Made by a program: the position numbers and the translations under genes. DNA of 64,000 bases from Antedon mediterranea (lineage: Eukaryota; Animalia; Echinodermata), in NCBI RefSeq assembly GCF_964355755.1, contig NC_092672.1, positions 16,182,001 through 16,246,000 of the forward strand, read 5' to 3'. Below are positions 40,327 through 52,016 of the stretch, in pieces. The stretch's first letter is position 1. Each line of letters begins with the position of its first letter. A model generated the notes under the pieces. The model was not told the origin of the DNA, ran no database searches, and was given only the letters and a program-made list of their open reading frames with translations.

Positions 40327-43300
40327 AACTCGCGCGGCAGCTACAGTCAGTAAATGTTTTAGCTCTAGATAGACGGCGACCGGTTTCTATATTGTTTGGT
40401 CCATACCATCGTCCATAAAGGCTATATATGCTGATACTATCGATACGACAGTCGGGGTTTTATCCGTGTTTACAATTTCGCCATTTTTTTTTTCGGTCAA
40501 GTGTACGGGGTAAAAAATAAAAAAGGAATTAACGTCAAGCATGCTAAACAAAAAATTAGTATATTATAGGAATGTTCTATAAGTTGAAAATGTTCAACAA
40601 AAATTGTGGAATTGTAGATGCTGATAATTTAATGTTGGGTAAGGTAGTTTTAACAGCATTTTTTTTTTGCCGTCGAAATGACGGTTTACCACAACATCAT
40701 CTGCAGTTTCAAGGCCCTTTCTACAGCAATTGCCGTCGATCTTCATATTATTATTAGATATTATTGTATTGAACTCTGTAATGTGTGGTGTGATATTGTC
40801 AGTACAGTACAAGGGTCCGTTAAATGAGCATTTAACGAATATAAATCGATCTGTTAGGTCGGCGGTTAACGGACGAAAACAACGGACGTTGTTCTTCCGT
40901 TGTACGCGTTAAATTCAATTTCATTGTACAGTATTAACCATGATACGCTCTGCTGAGTACAGACCGCCCAACTCATTAACGTTTTGCATATTATTAACGC
41001 ATTTAAACGTCTATTAACGGAGTAAAAACATTTGGGCACGCTCCCTTACTTTAGAAGCATGGACAATGCAAACAAACAATGTATTGTTTGCTAATTAAAA
41101 TCCTATCTAAAGATAGTAGACGTCAATTTTTGTAGCCACCCTAGCTAGCATCGGTTATCCTAATTTGGACGGAAATCCGCCGACGAGACGACATCGGGTC
41201 CGTGGACCTCTCAGCTCACGCAGAGAGAGAGAGTCGAGGCTATCTATCTAGTCTAGTTTCGGCGGCCTACACTATAAATTATTTAATCCTACCTTGGGTT
41301 AGCGAATTATAAAAACAACGACACCTAGGCTAGGACACCAACAAAATATATGCAAAATAAATATATATTCCATATTAATTACTATAAGATTTAACATAAA
41401 GGCGACATGTGTATAAGAAAAGGCCCGACCAGAATTTGGAGGGGAAAACATGTGAGCAGTTATTAAGATCAGAGAGAGTGTTTGATGTCATGTGACACAA
41501 AATCCAGGTACACGATCTTAATTACTGTTTATCTTCGGCAGCCACCCTCACATACTGAGTTTTAAAAAAAACATGCGAGATGTTGCGGTAAAGCAGAGAG
41601 TATCGCGTTTCATGCCATGTGACCAAAAAAACTAGGTCTGTATAATTACGGTCTTCTGACGGCAGTCTTTTTGAGCTACCGATTGAACGTTCTGATACCA
41701 TATTTAGAATGAATTGTTTACGATATTTTTCATGCAACATCAAAGATCGTAGGCGCGCCTAGCCTATCGGGGGTAGCCATAACAAAGATCGTTTGCGCGA
41801 CTATATATAGACTGTGTGTTGTATTCGGGGTTAATATTCTTATCATTATAGGCCTATATATTTTTATGACGCACTGTAACAGGTTGGGGAGCGCTATTTT
41901 AGGCGCTCCTTTGATCGTTTTTAGGAGCGCCAAGGAGCGTCAGCGCCATGGCGCTCCTTTTAAATCAAGGTCTGACGTATTCAAAAGTTATATATAATAG
42001 TATTTATGATTGAAATTATAAATATAAAGTATATTAAAATATTCTAATAATTATACTTACCGAAAATTAGTGTAAAAGAAAGGAAACAGTACACACCGTT
42101 TTTAACATACTTTTTCATTTTTTTTTTTATAATTTTAAATTTCACCATTAAAAAAATTTATTTTTTTCATATACACATCTAAAATATATTTATTAATGAA
42201 ATATACACTACATTCTAACAAGTACAAAAAAAATTAAATGAATTAGTACAGTAGTTCAAAAGTTATTTACAGATCATTGAAAAATTGCAGTTTTTTCATT
42301 TTTTAGGGAATTCCAGCAAAAATGGGCGCTAAATGCTTTCCTACCACTTTGCGGACCAATAATTTAAAAAATAGGTTTCGTTGAGGCTCCAAAAAAAATA
42401 GAGTTGTACAACTCTGTGATATCTATAGGTTTAACAAAATTCAAAACTTTTAACTAATTATTGTAAAAGTTATAACCTTTTAAAAATGCTTCCAATTTCA
42501 ACTGCAAAAAACACCATTTTTAGGCAAAAAATCGTATATTTTTTTACCACTTTAAATAACCATAACTTTAGAACGGGTAATCGGATTTCAATCATTTAAA
42601 TTGCAAAATGCTAATTACATTAAGTTCTTTATGGTTAACTGAAAGAAAAAGTAAAAAAATTTATCTGAATTTTTTCATTGGGATACCTACTAATACGGGA
42701 TCCACTAATCTAGGCTAGGGCTACCAGTTAGACGTGACCAGTTGGCCTATTTATTTTGTAATTAAAAAGTGGTTGCTTTATTCATATATAAACTTCATAT
42801 CATTATGAATTATATAATTACATGACTAGTTTTATGATTTTTCATAACGCATTATACTGTACATAACAACAGGGAGTTGTCCCTGATAACAACATGCAAT
42901 CACAAGTTGGATGTGAAAAAACTGTTCGGGAAGTCAGGGTCGCAACGCTAAAAACAGCATTACGAATCTTAGATAGATACTGATACTTATTAATATCATT
43001 ATAATTATTTTAACGCGTGGCGTAGTCGTATTTTAATTATTAATTCATTACGTATGGCATAGGCCAAGTTTCATCCATCGCTCTCTCCCTCGCGCAACGA
43101 CCGTCTAGGCTACAGTAATCCCTATAACACTCCCGACTCTCGGTGGTGTGGTGTGTGTGGCACTCTATAAGTTATAAGCAAGCTATAATTCACTTCCCAG
43201 AGCTATGGGCATGCGCAATAGCGTGTCGGATTCCCCAACGGTGGGCAGTTGAGTTCCGGAGCCGGAATCCTAACCACGGCGAAAAAAAATCAAAGAATAA

Positions 43301-43899
43301 TAACCCAGGGTTACAATTAGAAGATTTACAGTACGCTATCTGATGAATAGGAGGGAAAATCCCCAAAACAATTTTTACGGGCAGAATGTTTATTTTATTT
43401 GGCCTTAGTTACACGGTAATAATCGGACTGACAGTTACTACTATAACAATGGAGATCTCCATAATATGCTAATGGCTACCGGTCGAGTTTGTACGGTACG
43501 GTACAGAACAGTCACTCATCTAGTATATAGTATACATATTCTAATAAAACATACTAACCTGTATGATTGGCCATTTCAGTCTATTACAACCAATGCTTCT
43601 CAACCACCAGCCGATTTAATTCTTAAGTTAAAAATGTCGTCAGGAACAAAACGGCTCAGAGGCAGCTGTTGTGGTATTGGTTGCTGCTGATAGATAGAGC
43701 AAGACATAGTAGTGCTAAGTGGACCGTATTGTATACTCAGCACCGGCCAATGCTCCACGGCTTGCGTTGTATGAAACCCGTCCGTGCATCACATTAGTCT
43801 AATTTATTTTTCTCAGTTCTGATTTCAATATTATGAAAGTACGAAGCCCTAGAGGGGACATATTTATTTAGAAGCCCGGAAATGGTACTCTCGCACATA

Positions 43900-44430
43900 A
43901 TCTATATTATAAGTGAGAGAGTTTGTACGTCTGTCTGTCTGTCTGTCTGTCTGTTGTTCGTTATACAAATTTTTGTTACTGCACGTGGGGTGGTTTGTGA
44001 TGTCATTTTTGCTTGGGCTCGGGGTTGTAGGCTATCGAATTGTAAAATTATACTAAAAATGTTTTACAGTATTTGAATTATTAAAAAAAACATATTTTAA
44101 TCATTAACCAATATGACACCTATTCATTTACACATTTAGCAAAGTACTTTATCCAGCTATGTATTGGCACGGTAAATAAGGTTCAATATGTCCTAGGAAG
44201 CACGTTATTCCATAAAAATAACTCTCACGACATTTATGCTGTATTTGACAGTTATTGTAAAATGTACACAAGCAAAGTACATTTAGCAAAGTACTTTAAC
44301 CATATCCAGCTATGTATTGGCACGGTAATTAAGGTTCAATATGTCCTAGGAAGCACGTTATTCCATAAAAATAACTCTCACGACATTTATGCTGTATTTG
44401 ACAGTTATTGTTAAAATTTACACAAGTTGC
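43900..44430 (+). mobile_element. Helitron-like non-autonomous 5' portion, including a ~145-bp tandem duplication (44133-44426)
   Basis: A|TCTATATTATAAGTGAGAGAG followed by a (GTCT)n microsatellite. The 3' CTRR end was not located. Confidence 0.5.
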
Positions 44431-45638
44431 TTGGAAATTAATAAATGCAATTGTATTACAACTTTGAACTGTTTTATTTTAAAAAAAAGTGTTTTCTTTT
44501 CCATTGCTGTTGCAAAATTAGTAGTTGTATTAGTATAGTTTTAGTTTGTAAATAAGTTTTGTAATAGCGTCTAGTCAAATTTTATGTCATTATCTCAAAT
44601 ATGTTTTATTTTCGTTTCAGTTTTAATTTTTCATTGTTTTTGTATTGAATTTTGTAATTGGTATGGACGCACCATCTACGCATGTGTGCCACTGTTAAAA
44701 AAGTGTTGTTCCAAATAAATATTATTATTATTATTGGTCTCTTGGATTGTCTCATTACAAACATCCATTCCTGTCTCAACATATACACGTTCTTTACTGT
44801 TTAACATCATTTTTATTGGAACCTTCTTAAACACGTCACCCAGTATCTGGGGTGTGTTTGAAGTGGGAGGAGGAGGACCGAAAATGCTGGCGTAATGAAG
44901 TAGCCTATATGATTGTAATTGTAATAGGAAAAGTTACTACATTTGAACTGTCCAGGGGAGGAGTTAAGCAGTGGTGGCGCCAAGATCTTCCCGACGCGGG
45001 GGCTACATTCCTCTTCCGCTTAAAAAACGCAAGCGTAGACCTTTTTCAGTCGGGGAAATAAGTTTATTCCTCCCAAGTGTATGCGTGCGTGTGTATGACA
45101 TACAGGACATTGAAAATTTAATAACTTGGCTGTAATAAGATGTTGGCTAAGCGAAAATGGCATGTTTTTTTGTTTAGTAATGGATGAAATATTTATTTTA
45201 GGTGCCCCACGGTACAGAAGGTTGCTTGTAAATAAAAAAATTGGTGAACGTGTAGCGTACGTCGACACAGTACACGAGGTAACCATCGGTAAACTTCGCC
45301 TGGAAAATAACTACAGTACACATTTTGGTCCCTGGATGGAACATGATATCACGCGTCTCGACCCAAAGTTGAACAATAACAGGATTTGTTCAAAGGTATA
45401 CCGTGCGTACCTAGTTATTTTAAGTAGTAAGTTAGATCGCTGGCAATAATGAATGCATATAAAGTGCATAATATCACTCTGACGTACTCCCACGGTCAAT
45501 AAAACGTCGCGGTTTTCTAGGCGCTGAAGCTACCAAGTGAACGCGAACGCTTTACTGTATATTATATTCCCAACAAAAAGTACCCGTGTTCCCTTCGGTA
45601 ACCGTCGGTAAACTTCGCCTGGAAAATAACTACATTCA

Positions 45639-45992
45639 TACTTCACTGTTAAATTAATACTGATATTGTTCTAATAATTAACGATTAAAATTATTTTTCA
45701 TGTATATAGTCCTGATGCGTAAAAAGTGTTGTAAGAAATGGAAAGTGATATCAATGCGCAAAATTTCGTCTGCTCCTCAAATACTCTCTTGTCATTGGCC
45801 AATGTTTAGCCTTTGTTACCCAGACGTGTGCAACTCGACTAAAAGCTCGACTTCATTAACATTAACATTAACTTCGAACTGCAAACTTCGACTACTTCGT
45901 TTTTGAATCGAATTTGAAGTAATAGCTCGAACTACGACTTTTTCAAGTCGAACTTCGAACTACGACTAAAGTCCAGTTTAAGAATACGGGCG
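45639..45992 (-). mobile_element. Partial copy A of the CGCCCGTATTCTTAAAC-TIR (Harbinger-like) family
   Basis: Inverse of 46015-46356, ending ...tttaagaatacgggcg. Confidence 0.85.
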
Positions 45993-46014
45993 TATGGGCT
46001 AACGTTAGCCCATA

Positions 46015-46972
46015 CGCCCGTATTCTTAAACTGGACTTTAGTCGTAGTTCGAAGTTCGACTTGAAAAAGTCGTAGTTCGAGCTATTACTTCAAATTCGCT
46101 TCAAAAACGAAGTAGTCGAAGTTTGCAGTTCGACTTAATGAAGTCGAGCTTTTAGTCGAGTTGCACACGTCTGGGTAACAAAGGCTATACATTGGCCAAT
46201 GACAAGAGAGTATTTGAGGAGCAGACGAAATTTTGCGCATTGATATCACTTTCCATTTTCTTACAAAACTTTTTACGCATCAGGACTATATACATGAAAA
46301 ATAATTGTAATCGTTAATTATTAGAACAAGATCAGTATTAATTTAACAGTGAAGTACTTTTGATTAACAACAAACAAAATCTTCAAAATATATTTAGAAA
46401 CCATGGCGGTACGGTAACTTTCATATTTTCTAGGCCTCCAACAAAGTATGATCGCGACGAACCACGCACTTCTTAGCGTGACAAGAAAGCGCTAGGCCCC
46501 CTAAACATTCCATCGCGTGGTGAATTGCCGCATCTCCCATTGTCGCTATGGCGTCACGTAGTTCAAGTCGGACTTGCGCGAAGAAAATAATGTAATTTGT
46601 ATACAGTTGTAAATAAAGATGATTTTCATTATTATAACTTATACCAATGTATATTTAATTAAGCTAATATAAATATAGATATTTCATTCTTCAATATCTG
46701 GCCAATCATGGAGTAAAGAATACTCCATGGGCCAATATAACAACTCAATGACTGTTACGTTTTTTATAAACATCGTTCAAAAACCATTTAGTCGACCATT
46801 TAGCCTGCCCCCTCCAGGACTACAAAAATCGATCAAAATCCGTCTCGATTTAGTCGAGGGTGACCTGATTTAGTCGGTGATTTAGTTGAAGTTCGGTTTA
46901 TGAATTAAAATGACGTCATTTTTTTAGTTTTAGCTCGAACTACGACTAAAGTCCGGTTTAAGAATACGGGCG
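46015..46972 (+). mobile_element. Full-length copy B (~960 bp) of the CGCCCGTATTCTTAAAC-TIR family
   Basis: TIRs cgcccgtattcttaaacYggactttagtcgtagttcga and inverse at 46935-46972. Confidence 0.85.
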
Positions 46973-47105
46973 GAAGTTTGCAGTTCGACTTAATGAAGTC
47001 GAGCTTTTAGTCGAGTTGCACACGTCTGGGTAACAATGGCTATACATTGGCCAATGACAAGAGAGTATTTGAGGAGCAGACGAAATTTTGCGCATTGATA
47101 TCACT

Positions 47106-50100
47106 TACGGGGCGCCGTATGGGACAATGCTAATTTTGTCGAAATATTACAATTTTGTCTACTCCATATTTTATTAATGGAAAATGCATTTTTATTTAAC
47201 ATCAATCTTATCAAGCCAGGCAAAGACTGAATACGTACATTAAAAGTACAAAGAACAATGTAAACCTATAAACAATTATATTTTGTCAATACAAAATTCA
47301 TTTTGTCAACACAAAATTCATTTTGTATTGACAAAATTCATTTTCTGTTGACAAAATTTATTCTGTGTGGACAAAATTAATTTTGTCTTGACAAAATTCA
47401 TTTTGTCTCGACAAAATTAATTCTGTGTAAACAAAATTCATTCTGTGTAAACAAAATTCATTCTGTGTAGACAAAATTAATTCTGTGTTGACAAAATTAA
47501 TTCTGTGTAGACAAAATTCATTCTGTAATGACAAAATTCATTTTGTGGTGACAAAATTCATTCTGTAACGACAAAATTCATTTTGTGTAGACAAAATTAA
47601 TTCTGTGTGGACAAAATTAATTCTGTGTAGACAAAATTAATTCTGTGTGGACAAAATTCATTTTGTGGCGACAAAATGTATTCTGTGTAGACAAAATGTA
47701 TTCTGTGTAGACAAAATTCATTCTGTGTAGACAAAATTCATTCTGTGTAGACAAATTCATTTTGTTGCAACAAAATTTATTTTGTCGCGACAAAATTCAT
47801 TTTGTTAGCCGAGCCTACTCAAGCGTGGGACAAAACGTTTTAACATTTAAATTAGAAGGCGGGGTTGTTATTGGAAACTCGAAGATTGACAGTTATAGGC
47901 CTACGATCAAACAGCTCGCGAATATCATTTTACACACCGGTGAACTTGAATACTTTGCGTCGAGTATAAGTACAGTTTATACTGACGTATAACAATATTA
48001 TTGTATACTTAAAATTAATTCCGATTCAGCAAAACGGAACACGTAGCCCTCCCGGGTAGCCCTATATGCCTACTAATTTTGGTAATAAATATTAAAGATG
48101 GTTGAAGATTTATATGATACCGATAATATTGATAAAGAAAATGACAACACTATTTACGATAACATCTGATAAGTTGAGTAGTAATGAAATGATTTTGGTT
48201 AATACATTTATTTTAATATAATAGTTAGTATAGGCCTATTTATTCTTATGGGAATTGCGTCGTCTATATAGGCCTACCAAGTTTATTTGATAGGAATACT
48301 AAATTTCTAATAGGCCTAACTCAAGGGAACACAACTATGATATATCTCTTAAGACATATAAAATGTCTCTAATTGGAATAATAGAGATATCTTTATTGAA
48401 AAGATATCTTGGTTATAACAGGGATATATCTCTATTGGAACCTAAGATCTATATTGTAAACTAACTACATCTATTAAAAACTAAGATATTTTAGTTGCCT
48501 AAATAAATGACAGTTTGGTACGCCATAGATTATGATATTGCAAATTGTCGTTAAAAAGTTAAATTTAATTTCAAATTTACGTTTAACTATTAATTTTACT
48601 CTCGGTTGCATATTATTATATATTTACACCCTCGAAAGATATAATTCAACTTTGACCAAATAGTTATATGGGTGTTCACACAACTGACATATGGCGCCAC
48701 TCAAGTATCCATTCCCATGGCAGTGTATATAATCTTTCCACCTTCTCCATGATTGATTTTATTTATTATACATTGCTAATTGCAAATAATTGTTTATAGG
48801 TTTACATTGTTCTTTGTACTTTTAATGTACGTATTCAGTCTTTGCCTGGCTTGATAAGATTGATGTTAAATAAAAATGCATTTTCCATTAATAAAATATG
48901 GAGTTGTATCGAGAAAGTATTGTAATTTCGGGCAGAATGGTTTTCGGTCTGGAAAGGTCATTATTACACTGTCTGGGGTGTTGATATTTATACATCGAAT
49001 GTTCGAATCGAATCGAATAGCCCCATTATTGAAGCTTTACCTGAAGAGGTCCTAGACAACTTGCGTAATCTTGGAGAAGCCCAGACCCTCAGTCAAACCA
49101 GAATGGTTTTCGGTCTGGAAAGGTCATTATTACACTGTCTGGGGTGTTGATATTTATACATCGAATGTTTTATGGGCAATCAGTCCTGAACCTAGCCAAC
49201 GTAGGCTACCTGGCCTACTTACTACTGTAGGTTAAAGGTTATTAGGTTTCGCAGGGTGGATGACTGTTATAATAAAACTAACGTGAGCAATCTTTTGTAG
49301 TCAGTTCTTTAAATGTTTTTTTTTTCAAATAACGGACAGCTTTCAGCATCATTATTTCTGCAATGATTATTATTATCTTAAAGATATATTGTCCCCTGAA
49401 AAAAATGTTTTTTTTAATCTTTTTGTTGAATACGTTATTTTAATGTCACATAATAGTTATTCACTTTCACAAAAAATTGGGTCTGAAAAAAATTATTTAC
49501 CTGAAAAAACTGTAATTTAAAGCAAAAAATGGTCAAATTGTCTGGAAGCCAATGAGTTTTTGGGTAATTTAACTGTTTATTTTGTCTTTTTATATGTGAA
49601 ATAATTTTTCCCCCGTTCTTTTTTCTTATGGAAGTGAACAACTTCATTAAAACTGCATAATTGCCTATTCAAAGTCCGATTTTAAAAATCTTTATTTTTC
49701 ATGATTTTGGGAGACAATACATCTTTAATTTTAAAATAAAGTATATACATTTTATAAAATTAATAAATAATATTAATAAGCCCCATTACTACAATTTTAC
49801 TTAAGTAATAAGCAGGGCTCTATAAAAACCATTTTCCGATTTTTTAATATAGAATACATTATAATAATAATTATTACTTACGACGTAGATATTAAATTGT
49901 CAAGTATGAATACTGATCATATCTGATATTTTCAGGGGTCCCTGATATTATAAAATAGATTAATATGATAGCAATAGAGACGGAGGCATGCTCAGCCATA
50001 ATAACTGAACCAATAACAAATGTCAAAGATTTGCGCACTATCATCATTTATAGCTTCACCCTGTCTTGTCCTTTTCACGTTTAAACTCCGCCTTCTAATT

Positions 50101-50696
50101 TAAATGTTAAAACCGAGCCTACTCAAGCGTGGGACAAAATGTGTTAAAAAACGTTTTGTCCCACGCTTGAGTAGGTTTGGCTAACAAAATTCATTTTGTC
50201 GCAACAAAATTCATTTTGTCTACACAGAATACATTTTGTCGCCACAAAATGAATTTTGTCGTTACAGAATGAATTTTGTCTACACAGAATTAATTTTGTC
50301 CACACAGAATTAGTTTTATCCACACAGAATTAATTTTGTCCACACAGAATTAATTTTGTCTACACAAAATGAATTTTGTCGTTACAGAATGAATTTTGTC
50401 GCCACAAAATGAATTTTGTCGTTACAGAATGAATTTTGTCTACACGGAATTAATTTTGTCAACACAGAATTAATTTTGTCTACACAGAATTAATTTTGTT
50501 TACACAGAATTAATTTTCTCGAGACAAAATGAATTTTGTCCACACAGAATAAATTTTGTCAACACAAAATGAATTTTGTCAATACAAAATGAATTTTGTG
50601 TTGACAAAATGAATTTTGTATTGACAAAATTAATTATGTGTAGACAAAATTGTAATATTTCGACAAAATTAGCAATGTCCCAAACGGCGCCCCGTA
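47106..50696. mobile_element. IS3EU-like non-autonomous foldback element
   Basis: TAC..GTA termini (tacggggcgccgt / acggcgccccgta) and 6-bp TSD atcact, confirmed against empty copy B. Inverted 20-bp arrays at 47280-47805 and 50183-50650. Confidence 0.8.
48934..49169. repeat. ~70-bp direct repeat pair around a ~95-bp spacer
   Basis: cagaatggttttcggtctggaaaggtcattattacactgtctggggtgttgatattt.atacatcgaatgtt occurs twice. Confidence 0.8.
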
Positions 50697-50735
50697 ATCA
50701 CTTTCCATTTTCTTACAACACTTTTTACGCATCAG

Positions 50736-51757
50736 TGGCCGTATTCACCAATCTCACTTAGGCTAAGGGAAATACTTACCCTTAAAATTTAAGAATTCCC
50801 TTAACAAAGGGAAACACTTAAGGGGTATTCACAAATGAGTTAAGGGATTCACTTACCTAAGGAAAACACTTAATTTAAGGGTAAAACTTAAGGGTAAAAA
50901 TAATCATAAATATTCATGAGTTGTCCCATTGTCCAATCACAGAGGATTTAATTCCCCTATGGTCCAATCACTTTTCCTCTCTAAAACTAATTTGCATATT
51001 TAAAAAAAGAGTAAGGGGTGGGGGGACGGGGAGGATGAAGAGAAAAGTGTATGGACGATCAATAAAAGAAAATGGCAGTCAAAACAAAAACAAGTACATG
51101 AATATTAAACCTAGACTAATTTGTATGAGGATCAAGAAAAATTGGTATAGCCTAGATGCTACTAACAAACCAACATTCTGTGTAGGCCTAAACCTGTCTG
51201 TATTGAGGCATATGCATCCTAGGCTGGTTACTGGGCAGACCAACAGGGGTAGCATCTCTACCTAGCCTACTAGAATGGGGCTAATTTCTATTACAACGAA
51301 ATGGGAAGCCATCTTCCACAAAAATAATGGCAGTCAAAACAAAACAAATAAATTAATATATAGGCATAGACTAATTTGTATGGGTGGGGATCAGCAAAAA
51401 AAGGTCTAGATGCTACTCAAACCAAACATGAATCCTAGGCTGGTTAGTGGGCAGACCAACAGGGGGCCTAGCATCTCTACCTAGCCTAGACTGGGGCCAT
51501 CTACAAGTAGGCATAGTACTCGCACATACAGAATCGTCAGCACAACCAAGGTACTGAATAGTTAAGGGAACTTTTAAGGGACCTCTGAGGTCCCTTAAAA
51601 GTTAAGGGGAAAATAGACCAAGTTAAGGGTTTCTCTTAACCTTAAACCCTTTGTGAATACCACTTAAGTGAAACCCTTAATATTTTCTTGATTTAAGGGA
51701 AATCCTTAGGATTTAAGGGAAATATCTCACTTAAGTGTGATTGGTGACATACGGCCA
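50736..51757. mobile_element. Harbinger-like MITE
   Basis: CAG|tggccgtattcaccaatc ... gattggtgacatacggcca|CAG, with taaggg subterminal motifs. The empty site gcatcaggact is present in copy B. Confidence 0.85.
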
Positions 51758-52016
51758 CAGGACTATACATGAAAAATAATTTTGATCGTTAATTATTAGA
51801 ACAAGATCAGTATTAATTTAACAGTGAAGTACTTTAGATTAACAAAAAACAAAATCTTCAAAATATATTTAGGAACCATGGCGGTACGGTAACTTTTATA
51901 TTTTCTAGTCCCCCAACAAAGTATGATCGCGACGAACCACGCACTTCATAGCGTGACAAGAAAGCGCTAGGCCCCCTAAACATTCCATCGCGTGGTGAAT
52001 TTCCGCATCTGCCATT

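Larger units (their letters stand above)
36296..41045. mobile_element. Harbinger-like non-autonomous element carrying tandem arrays
   Basis: TTA|gggagcgtgcccaaatgtttttactccgttaa ... ttaacggagtaaaaacatttgggcacgctccc|TTA. Confidence 0.85.
34512..43281. mobile_element. Second CGCCGTGG-ended TIR element (8.8 kb including nested insertions)
   Basis: cgccgtggttaggattccggcaccggaactcaactgccca..gcgcatgccca is mirrored at 43205-43281. 9-bp TSD aaaaaaaat (34503-34511 and 43282-43290). Confidence 0.8.
46973..52016 (+). mobile_element. Partial copy C of the same family, split into three pieces (46973-47105, 50697-50735, 51758-52016) by later insertions
   Basis: The pieces rejoin colinearly with copy B positions ~46118-46541. 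Confidence 0.8.

Noticed and set aside
45700-45906. Duplicated small ORF (also at 58970-59164) as a conserved gene
   Set aside because: Both lie in copies of the same non-coding MITE
47280-47805. CRISPR or iteron array
   Set aside because: Contiguous 20-bp minisatellite without spacers, mirrored at the other end of a TIR element
49040-49140. Hammerhead ribozyme (CTGAAGA...GAAA) in a Penelope-like repeat
   Set aside because: No stem II pairs directly between the CTGANGA and GAAA boxes on either strand. An Infernal search would settle it.
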